DNA of 64,000 bases from Spirochaetia bacterium. Lineage in GTDB: Bacteria; Spirochaetota; Spirochaetia; CADAEX01. Below, one piece after another: positions 51,085 to 60,300 of the stretch. The translations under genes were made by a program, and so were the position numbers. A model generated the notes under the pieces. The model worked only from the letters and a program-made list of their open reading frames with translations, did not search any database and was not told the DNA's origin. How positions within the stretch are numbered: position 1 is the stretch's first letter; every line of letters starts with the position of its first letter. Location of the stretch: assembly GCA_963662265.2 (NCBI GenBank), contig CAXXHA010000036.1:96001-160000 (forward strand). The letters run 5' to 3'.

Positions 51085-51774
51085 TTATTCCAGCGGGGGA
51101 TCCAGTTTTCCCCAGTTGAGTATTATATAACCTGAAAAGGACGAATCCTTATGATTTGAATCCGGTAGTGAACCTGCCTCTTCCGGAATGGTTGAGATGT
51201 CTGTAGTGAAATCCTCATTGTTTGTGTCATTTTCCGGTTCAGGTGAATTATAGCCTTTGCCTTTTACTTTTGAAGAGTTACCTCCCCTTACAGAAGTACC
51301 CTGGCCGATTTTATTTATAAATTTTATTTTTCCTGTTTTAACTTCGAGGTTTCCATGTGCAGAAGCTTCAAAAACGGTCCCTTTCACAGCAGCCGTGGAA
51401 ACAGGTGTTATCAGTTTAAAGTCATGTTTCAGACCTTCAGATGTTTTTACTTCTGCCTTAATCCGTCCCAGTTTCAGGTTAAGTTTTGTGCTGACTTTTT
51501 CTTTTTTTATTTCAAGTTTATCGACTGACATCCTGGTAAGCTGCTTAATGAGGATAAGCGAAGAATTTCCGAGATCCAGTCTTGTTTCCGATCTGAATCC
51601 TGTTGAAACGATTGTCCCCTCCGGTATGTATGATCCTGAAAATGCTTTTTCCCAGTTTTTCCCAGGTTCTTTTACTTCAACTTTTCCTGTTATATCCATT
51701 ATTTTTATAAGATCAGCCGGAAAGAGAGATGAGGTTGAAATGCAAATAACAAGAAATAAGAAGAAATATTTCAT
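51085..51774 (-). CDS. Exported FecR-like domain protein, cassette 1
   Basis: MKYFFLFLV signal peptide after GGAG RBS; STGFRSE, LNLKLGRI, TPVSTAAVKGTVF. Confidence 0.82.
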   Translation of the reverse strand: MKYFFLFLVICISTSSLFPADLIKIMDITGKVEVKEPGKNWEKAFSGSYIPEGTIVSTGFRSETRLDLGNSSLILIKQLTRMSVDKLEIKKEKVSTKLNLKLGRIKAEVKTSEGLKHDFKLITPVSTAAVKGTVFEASAHGNLEVKTGKIKFINKIGQGTSVRGGNSSKVKGKGYNSPEPENDTNNEDFTTDISTIPEEAGSLPDSNHKDSSFSGYIILNWGKLDPPLE

Positions 51775-51848
51775 TACTGTCTCCATGGAACAGTTTGCTA
51801 TTCTGAATTTCACTCAGCTGTTTGATCGAATTGAGATATTTATGTATA

Positions 51849-51865
51849 TATTATAAGACTTTTTC
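51849..51865 (-). promoter_or_regulatory. Putative promoter for cassette 1
   Basis: GAAAAAGTCTTATAATA on the minus strand, with AAAAAGTCT repeated 10 bp upstream. Confidence 0.5.
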
Positions 51866-51910
51866 AGACTTTTTGGGGCAGATATCGGTTAAAAATATGG
51901 AATAATAATT

Positions 51911-52670
51911 TTATTGTTCCATACTCTTTTCATTTTCAACTTCACTGTTATAAGAATCAATCCCGGGTGTCCAGTCTTCAACTTCATTGAATGAAAATTT
52001 TTCATTCAGCATTTTGTGAAGCCACCTTATCAGGGCTTCTGTTCTCCCGTTGAAAGCGTCTTTTAGCCGTTTCCTCATGAAGAAAAAGCTGCCGGGTGTC
52101 TGCTGTTCCCAGGCCGTAGCATTCCAGCTTTCCGTTTTTTATTTCAGCGGCAAAAAGGATAAGAAGCTTCTGCTTGGTTATGACGGGAAGTATCCACCAC
52201 CTGATATTCTCGATATTTTCAGCCTTGAAGAGAATGAAGTTTTCCTTCTTTTCTATTGTGTATCTTATCTCTGCCGGTTTGAACGGCAGTATTGTCTGAT
52301 CTGCAGTAATTATTCTTTTCCCGTTATTATCGACTATATCATCAAGAACTGAAATATCTCTGAAAAGGGGGTATGTGGAATCATGTCTTCTCGAGTAATA
52401 GGGAATATTAATGAAATTTTCAACATCTGTAAGGATATTCTCTATCTTTAAAATTGAACTACTGTTGCCGGTTTCCGGTATATCAAGTGTGAATGATGTC
52501 TGCGCCTTGAAATTGATTTTTCTTTCCATGAGCCTGTCAATTTCTTTCTGTATTTCCTTCCTGTTTCCGTTGTAGAAAATATCTTCAGAGAAGGAGACAA
52601 CTTTATCTTCCTGGGCAGAAATTCCAGAAACGCATAAAAACAAAATAAGTATTAAATATCCAGATCTCAA
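51911..52670 (-). CDS. Exported protein, spirochaete DUF6675-like; one frameshift near 52095
   Basis: TTG at 52670 after AAGGAG, signal peptide, IPYYSRR; removing one C restores ..DAFNGRTEALIRW.. and a stop at 51911; family call from memory. Confidence 0.55.
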
Positions 52671-52848
52671 ATATAGTCTCCTTAAAACAAGTCTGATAAT
52701 TGTAAGATTATAACTGTTTAAACATTCAATATGCAAAAAAAATATATAAATATACCTGATTTTGAAGCGGCATGATTTTTTCCGGTTATATGTGGTTAGC
52801 AGAATAATAAAATTTCTGCTGTTTGGTTGATATGACCGGGGAGGATGT

Positions 52849-53400
52849 ATGAAACAGGCTGCTTTATCGTTTTTGAAAAAGTTCAATCTGTTTTTTATGC
52901 TTCTTTGCTGTTTTCCTGATGCCGTTCCGGATGATTTCAGGCCTTATTCTGACTTTAATGCTTCAGACATGAAAATCTGGTATGACAGGGCAGACCTTGA
53001 AGAGACAAGGGATATGTGGATGGCCTCTGCCAATATCGGTATGTCAGTTTTAAGCCCTGAAGAACGGGATAAATCACTTCTGGTTATGAAAGAGCGTCTT
53101 GCCTCATGGCAGTGGAACAGAATTGAAGAGAAAGTATGCAGGCCTGATATCCAATCGCTTTTATCAGAAATAGAGAACAAAAAGAAGGACTATCTTTATC
53201 TTGTTGAAGAAGGAAATCTGAAATTCGATGAGAATGGTACCCCGATCTTTAAAGGGCTTTCTGGTCTTGATAGCGATTTGACTTCATGGGAAAACGAAAT
53301 CAGGTTATTTGTTGGTGATCTTTTCAATAACTGGGAGAGATGTGCAAGGATAAAATATGATGAAATTCTATCTCTGGAGAAAAGGTATTGGAAAGGGTGA
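52849..53400 (+). CDS. Giant polymorphic-toxin-like protein, fragment 1 (N-terminus with signal-like leader)
   Basis: GGAGG RBS; joins the next ORF through an A-run indel near 53380-53383. Confidence 0.65.
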   Translation: MKQAALSFLKKFNLFFMLLCCFPDAVPDDFRPYSDFNASDMKIWYDRADLEETRDMWMASANIGMSVLSPEERDKSLLVMKERLASWQWNRIEEKVCRPDIQSLLSEIENKKKDYLYLVEEGNLKFDENGTPIFKGLSGLDSDLTSWENEIRLFVGDLFNNWERCARIKYDEILSLEKRYWKG

Positions 53401-54952
53401 AAAAGCTGTACTTGATGCATCATTCAATGAATATAAAAACAGCATAAAGAAGGAATTTGAATACCTTTATCTTGCCGGCAGAAAGAGCCTTACAGCAATG
53501 AGGAGCAAAGACAGCTTTTCAATGAAAAAGGAGAGCGAAGATAAGGGGGCTGAAGTTGAAGCTGAAAAGAGGATCGGGGAAATACAGAAAAGCTTAAAAG
53601 AAGCATCAGATACCCTGGAGAAAAACCTCACACTCATGAAAAGCTTAAATACTGAAGAAGTGGGAGTAAGGATAAACGAGTGGGAGGATGACTTTAAGAA
53701 AAGCTTTGAAAAGGGGCTCAGAAAATGGGAGGAGGCAGAAAAAGATTTTTTGAGTGAAAGAATCAGATGGGAAGAATACGGCAGGGAAGGATATCTTAAA
53801 GCAGAGAATGAATGGGACAGGGCAATAGAGAAGTTTACCGAAGCAAGGCGATCCTGGTCTGTAGAGATGAAGGGAATAATAGATGAGGGGAGAACGTACT
53901 GGCAGAAAAGAGAAGTAAGCTTTTTTGAAAGCTACAGGGAAGTAACAGAAGGTATGGAAGAGGCTTCATTGAAGGAAAAGATGAGGTTTGAAAAAGAACT
54001 CACCGGTTACCTGTCTGTTTACAGGGAAAGCAGAAACATAGAGGGGCTGGCTAAAGAAAATATTGAGTATCTTACCGAAGAAATAGCACGGATTGAAAGA
54101 TACAAGGCTGATAAGCAGAGAACTGTAAGCAGAGTTAAAAACCGGATTGATGATATTGAAGATGATATAAATGATTATGAAAGATACATAAAAAGAGCGG
54201 TTGATGAAATTGAAAATGATGATGACAGAAGAGGATTTGATTTCAGATTTCTGTTTATAAGAATATATAGACAGAAAATAGATGATCTGAAACCGCTTCT
54301 TCCCCCTCTTTATAATCAGTATAACCTTGCAGTGGAGATAAGGGACAGGAAAAACAGTGAGCTTTCTTCATACAGGACAGAACTTGCATTCTGGGAAAAC
54401 GCATCAGTTAACTACAAAACAGCCCGAGAGGCAGCAGAAAACAGCCTTATATCACTTGAAGAACAAATCAAGAGCGGAGTCTACGGTGGAAATGAGTTTG
54501 ACAGTGAGCTTAATATATTAAAAGAAAAGAGGGATATCTTAAAAAGAAAACTTGATATAGCACAGCATGTCTATGAATACTCACTTGATAATACATCAGA
54601 CAGGAGAGAAAAGCAGATACAGAAAAGAAATACAGTAAAGCACTTTCTCTTTTCAGGGGAAAAGAGGCTGAATATGAAAAAAGTGTTACCGAACTTGATG
54701 ACTTTATTGAAAATATTCTGGGCGAAAATGAAAAAGATCTTGAAGATAAGAAAAACGAGCTTGGTCTTGCTGAAAAAAAGCTTGAAGATGCGAGGATTGA
54801 ATATGAGGCTGCAATGGAGATCTTCCGGCTTAAGGATTCTAGTTTACTCGAGACAGCAATATCAAATCTTGAAGATGAAAATGAGGATTTCTTTGATGAG
54901 GAACTTGACAGCATATGGAGCGACTACTTTCTTCATATGGAAAAGCTTCTGA
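53357..54952 (+). CDS. Giant protein fragment 2 (coiled-coil; correct frame probably ends ~54610)
   Basis: Charged heptad helices with periodic Trp; frame change at GAGAAAAGCAG near 54606-54616. Confidence 0.65.
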   Translation: MMKFYLWRKGIGKGEKAVLDASFNEYKNSIKKEFEYLYLAGRKSLTAMRSKDSFSMKKESEDKGAEVEAEKRIGEIQKSLKEASDTLEKNLTLMKSLNTEEVGVRINEWEDDFKKSFEKGLRKWEEAEKDFLSERIRWEEYGREGYLKAENEWDRAIEKFTEARRSWSVEMKGIIDEGRTYWQKREVSFFESYREVTEGMEEASLKEKMRFEKELTGYLSVYRESRNIEGLAKENIEYLTEEIARIERYKADKQRTVSRVKNRIDDIEDDINDYERYIKRAVDEIENDDDRRGFDFRFLFIRIYRQKIDDLKPLLPPLYNQYNLAVEIRDRKNSELSSYRTELAFWENASVNYKTAREAAENSLISLEEQIKSGVYGGNEFDSELNILKEKRDILKRKLDIAQHVYEYSLDNTSDRREKQIQKRNTVKHFLFSGEKRLNMKKVLPNLMTLLKIFWAKMKKILKIRKTSLVLLKKSLKMRGLNMRLQWRSSGLRILVYSRQQYQILKMKMRISLMRNLTAYGATTFFIWKSF

Positions 54953-57333
54953 GAAACGAGAGAAAGTGGAGTTGTGATGAACTTCTTTCAGATATCATGG
55001 GAACTTCAGCTGAAGATAATGCAGAAGACCTGGCTGTCTATGAAGGGCGAAGTACCTACCTTGAAGATTTAAGCCCTGCCTTCTCAAATCCCGATACAGC
55101 TGATCTGAAAAATGAGTTTGTCCTTAAAGGTTTTGATACTGAAAAAGGTCTCATCCATGAGTTTTTCTCATCCCTTGAAGCCGGAGAAGAGGAAAAAGCT
55201 CAATTTTACTTTAACCTTGTGAAGGTTCAGCATAAAGGAATCTGTGCTACTGTAAACAAGGGAATAGAACTTCTTTCCCTTGATAAGAGTGAGAAAAGCG
55301 CATCAGGTCTGGTTAAGGATATAGAGGATTCTTTAAAGGAGAAGAGAACTGAGCTTTTCGGGGATGATTATGATAGTTCTGATATCCTTTATTTCCTGAG
55401 TAATAATTCCTGTGATGATCTTTCCATAGAACCTTCCGATCCTGATGTTCTTGATAAAATAAAGGAAATTGCGTTTCTTGAAGCAGAAATGATGGGAATA
55501 AATGAATACAGCCGGTACGCTGCTGCATTTACACTTCATGAGAGAAACAACCTGTTTGAAAAACTGTCATCACTTTATTTTCTGGCAGATGACGGGGAGT
55601 CTGCTTCTGTCGGCGTAAGCGCATCTTTTGAGACAAAAGAGGATTTAACCGGTTTTTATAAAGATTTAAAAACACTCAATGTGCCTGTTTACCTTGAAGA
55701 GATAACCGGAAAAGTCCTTGAAAGTGTAATCAAGGATAAGAGTTTTATATTTGATGAGGATCTCTCTTCAATGGAAAACGAACTCAATTCCTACAACAAC
55801 AGAATAGAAAATTTCACACCAGCAGATCATCTTACTCGTGATGAGCTTGAAGAGAAGAGGGATGAACTTGCACTTGAGCTTGATATCTGTAAAGACCTTA
55901 AAGGTTATTACAGCCTCTCGCTGGTTAATGATTATTCAAATACAGAAAAGAGTGTGTATGAAGCTTTAATTGTAAAAGCGCTTAATACACTGAAGGATGA
56001 GTCATCTGTTATTACCGGTGAGGAAACTGTAAAAGAAAAACGAGCTCTAATAGTATCAAAAGAAACTGAATATAAAGAGAGAAATACAAAACTCACAGAT
56101 CTCCGGAATAAATTAAAAGAGTGGGAGAGTGAACAGTCAGAGTATTTCAATAAAAACATCGCTGATAAAAAAGCATCTCTGGAAGATGCAAAAGCTGAAA
56201 TATCTGCCTTGAGATCTGAATATCATGATCTTTTAAATAATTTTACATCTCTTACAGACCAGTACAGAGAAAAAAAGAAAGCAGTAGATGATTTACTTGT
56301 TGAATTTATGGAGAGCAAGTGGAATCTCTATGAGGCTGAGGAGCTTAAAGATTTTGCCTATTCTCCATATCCCCTGAGGAATACCGATCCTGAGGCAATT
56401 CTTAATAGACGCAGGGCAGATTTTGAAAAGGCAGACAGCCTTTACAGTGAAGTTCTTGATATCAAAACTTCACTTTCTCCCAAACCGGTAGAAGAAAGAT
56501 TCAACTCAGAATACCTTGATACTCTCCGGGAAAAGAAACAGCTTATCAGCAGTGTAAATTATCTTGGACATGCTTCTGATACACTTTCCCGTAATGTGAC
56601 AAGAGCTCAGGAAGAGGCTGGCAGATATTATGCAGTAATGAGAGACTCGATTGGAAGTATTTTCAGCTTTACTCTGCCTTTCAAACCTGATGTTGAAAGT
56701 TACAATGCAGGAGAACTTACTGATTTTAGCAGTTATGAGGGAGAAGAGAATATAAAAGCAGCAGTTAGTGATTACTTTAACAGTATGGATGCCTCTTCTG
56801 TTTTCAGTAATGATACCCTCAAATGGGCAAAGTCTGTATCTGAGCATGGGAGTCACTGCTTAAGGGATTTCGGGCTTGCATTCTATGCCGAGTACAAGAG
56901 TAAAATAACAGTCCCTCTGTATTCTGATCAGAACTACAATGAACTGAAACGGGGTAAATATGCAGGCTGTAATCCTGAAGGATATGCAGACAGCGTGGCT
57001 AAAGGAGTTCTTGCAGGTATAAAAAACAATCCTGAACTTTACAGGCATTATTCCTTTTTCAGGGCAATGCACTTATCTGGAAACACAACACTTGACTACT
57101 CATTCATGGGAAAGGATGTAAGTAAAGTTGCACATGACTACCTGTGGAGGGAATCAAAGGATGAAGAGCGACATGTAAAGAAAAAGCACTGGTGGAGTAA
57201 TTTCTGGAAGAGAACTGCAAAGAAGATGAGAAAGATGCGCCATAACATGACAGATGTGAACGGGAGTTATGAGCGGGGGAATAATCTGGGGCGATATTGC
57301 AAAGATATTTTCTGCCCGAATCGATTTTCTTGA
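54814..57333 (+). CDS. Giant protein fragment 3 (helical/coiled-coil)
   Basis: 839-aa ORF whose frame is open upstream to ~54610; joins the next ORF at the G5 run 57275-57279. Confidence 0.65.
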   Translation: MEIFRLKDSSLLETAISNLEDENEDFFDEELDSIWSDYFLHMEKLLRNERKWSCDELLSDIMGTSAEDNAEDLAVYEGRSTYLEDLSPAFSNPDTADLKNEFVLKGFDTEKGLIHEFFSSLEAGEEEKAQFYFNLVKVQHKGICATVNKGIELLSLDKSEKSASGLVKDIEDSLKEKRTELFGDDYDSSDILYFLSNNSCDDLSIEPSDPDVLDKIKEIAFLEAEMMGINEYSRYAAAFTLHERNNLFEKLSSLYFLADDGESASVGVSASFETKEDLTGFYKDLKTLNVPVYLEEITGKVLESVIKDKSFIFDEDLSSMENELNSYNNRIENFTPADHLTRDELEEKRDELALELDICKDLKGYYSLSLVNDYSNTEKSVYEALIVKALNTLKDESSVITGEETVKEKRALIVSKETEYKERNTKLTDLRNKLKEWESEQSEYFNKNIADKKASLEDAKAEISALRSEYHDLLNNFTSLTDQYREKKKAVDDLLVEFMESKWNLYEAEELKDFAYSPYPLRNTDPEAILNRRRADFEKADSLYSEVLDIKTSLSPKPVEERFNSEYLDTLREKKQLISSVNYLGHASDTLSRNVTRAQEEAGRYYAVMRDSIGSIFSFTLPFKPDVESYNAGELTDFSSYEGEENIKAAVSDYFNSMDASSVFSNDTLKWAKSVSEHGSHCLRDFGLAFYAEYKSKITVPLYSDQNYNELKRGKYAGCNPEGYADSVAKGVLAGIKNNPELYRHYSFFRAMHLSGNTTLDYSFMGKDVSKVAHDYLWRESKDEERHVKKKHWWSNFWKRTAKKMRKMRHNMTDVNGSYERGNNLGRYCKDIFCPNRFS

Positions 57334-60300
57334 TAAGAAAGATGAGATAAGAACACTCACTGGTGGATGCGATGGGGAAATTGTATCTTTTGATGATTTT
57401 ATTATCTCACTTGATGCAGTTTCTGGGGAACTCCCGGATGAAGCAGGATCAGGTTTCAGGGATCTTCTTGAAAGCATATATGACTCGCTTACAGACGAGG
57501 ATAAAAATACAAGCTATAACCTGTCTGTAAAGACATTTGAAAAACTCAATGAGTACTTAAGCTGTAAGATATCTGAACTCAACATAATTACCGAGAAGCT
57601 TGAGAAAGAACGGGTAAGTCGTCTCAATAATTACAGGATATCCCTGAACAATCCTGAAGTCAGTTCAGATGAGGTCAAAAATCACTTCATAAATCTCTTT
57701 TTTGAATCAGAATACTCAACTTGCGAATCGTCGCAAATATCACTCTCCGAAGTTTTATTATCATATTCAGATTCTGACGACTTAAAAGGACGGGAAAGGA
57801 CTCTCTCCTTTGCAGCGAACGATGTAATGAAATACTTCTCAACTTCTCTAGATATAAAAAAGAGTGAGAATGATGAAAAGATAAAACTTCAGTACCTTGA
57901 ACTGAAGGATAAACAGGGACTTTTTGAATCTAGAATAGCAGAACTCTATGAGACAGGCGTAATTGAATGGAAGGTTGGTTTTACAAACCTTATCGGAATG
58001 AGGAAGAAGTGGAGAGATAATTTTCAAAGGGAAGCAATTCTTAAAGAAGAACTCTGGAAGAGTAAGTATAAAATATTAAAAGAAAACAGGAATAGCTGGA
58101 TAGAACAAAGTACAGCCGCAGTACAGAGGGGGGAGGCAGGGCGTCTTTCAAGGGAAATCGGGATAAACGCGGATAAACTCCTGTCAGAGAGCGAGATGAT
58201 TATAATACCTGACATTAAGAATTCTCCAGAACTTGATAACATAATTGAAGAGGTGACAGGGGCTGAGAAATTATCCTCTCTCATATCAGCTGCTTCCTTT
58301 TATTCGGCGAAGAAGGAGTCTGATAATATAACTCCTTCATCATACCTTCCTGAGATTGGAAGTTTCGGAGGAAACGATCTCCGGCTTGAAAGCTATGCAG
58401 AGAACTTATCAAGTGAAATAAGAAAAAGGGCAGCCCTGCTTGAGGCCCTGAAAATGGCAAAGACTGTAACAGATGTAGAAGACGGGATTCTTGAGAATAT
58501 AGAATCAGCCAACAGAAGTACAGAAAAGTCACTTGCTGATACGCTTGAAGGGAAAGGGTACAGGAAAAAAGGAAATATCTTCTCCCGGAAAGCTATAATA
58601 GATATGACACTTCTGGGAGGGATAGAAGAAGAGCTTCATGAGATTGAAGCCTATCATTATTTTACAGCGCCTGAATTTAAAACAGGTGCAGACCTTACAC
58701 GGGACTCATTATCCTCAATGAGCCGAAGGGAAATTGAATTAAAGGTTGAAAAAGCTGTTGCCAACCTTAAAAGATACGGAGAGATTATATTCGGAAGCAA
58801 AACTTCAAAGGAAGCTTCAGACTGGAAAGGGTTTGATGAAGAGTTTAAATCCTATGCAGGAAATGCTGAAAAGTCCTTCTCTTTATCGCGTCAGGCAACT
58901 AAATACAGAGACACAAAAGGACTTTTTTACATACACCTGGGATATGCCCCGGTAATGGACAGCAAGTCTCCCGAAGTTGTTAAAACTGAAGGATACGGCG
59001 AATACGGAAGAATCTATGAGCTGTTCTTCCGGAACGAGGCAAGGCTTGGCCGAGGTATTGCAAGCCTTGATCAGCCCTGGTATTCCCAGAAGCTCTGGGA
59101 TGATGACAGGGACAATGATGGGGAATCTGACGGACTATTCGGGGCACCCAGTGTCAGAAGCATGGGAAACATTGCAATGTCAGTTGTTTCAGGCGGGGCC
59201 GGTATGTGGGCTTTCGCAGTTAATATGATTGATGATGCTGCTTTCACTGCAATGGATATCGGAAGCGGAATAACAGACTGGGATGACGGGATGATGTCTC
59301 TGGGTAAGCAGACAACAGCCGGAGCTGTGACCCAGGGGCTTGGAAACCGGTTCAAGATAGAGACAGACTCATTTCTTGCCTCAGCTGCACATACAGGACT
59401 GAAAACAGCATCCACAAACCTTGCGACTACTGCGATAAACTCATTTGACTTTAATTCCAGAGGAATCTATTTCAGTACAGACACATTTAGACGAAACTGG
59501 CAAAGTGATCTTTACGGTAGAGGAGCAGTGCCCGGGTATATAAACAGCATGGGAACTGCAGGACTTGATTCAACACTTACAGGTTTCTACGGCAAGGATC
59601 TTTCTTGCGGTAAAGCGTTAAGCTCAACAATCGCAGGCAGCGCAGCAAGTATATATGAATACAACACTCTAGGTAGTACAAAGCTCAATCTGCTGAATTC
59701 ATCTGACCTCTTTTTCCGGAACAGTGGATTAAAAGACAGATTCGGAGGAACAGGTATCCTGGAAATGGGAATCGGAGACGGGGGAAGTTTATTCGAGTTC
59801 GGGATAAATGGCCAGAATATGAGTGCTTCTCAGATAACATCAGCTTATAAGGGTATAAATACATATTATCAGAATGCACGGATCTATTCATCCGGGCAGG
59901 AAAATATAAAGGATGCTAGAGTCGCGATGAGGGCTCTTTATTCCCGCAGCACTTCAGATGCTGCTGCATCGCTATTATACCGCAACCTGCTGTCAGGTAA
60001 GGATAATCTTGAAATCGACAAGTCTCTTGAAGGAAGAGCGCAGACTGTTAAAAACAGCAGCGGAGGAAGAACTGTTAAAGTTTCATCATTGGGAAATGAC
60101 TATTACAGCCGTCTTCACCTTGGTGTGGTTTTGGGACATGAAGCATACAGGGACGGGACAGATAATGGCAGAGAAGTACAGAAATCCGAGACAGTCGATG
60201 CTGTTTACAATCATACAAAAATGGCCCTTGATATGGAAAACGACTATACCGGGTTTATTGAATCTGATGAAGCATTGATAAAAGATTTATTGAGATTAAG

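Noticed and set aside
43996-51774. Interpreting FecR-like genes as iron-uptake anti-sigma factors
   Set aside because: They have cleavable signal peptides with no cytoplasmic sigma-binding domain, and no ECF sigma or TonB-dependent receptor gene is nearby
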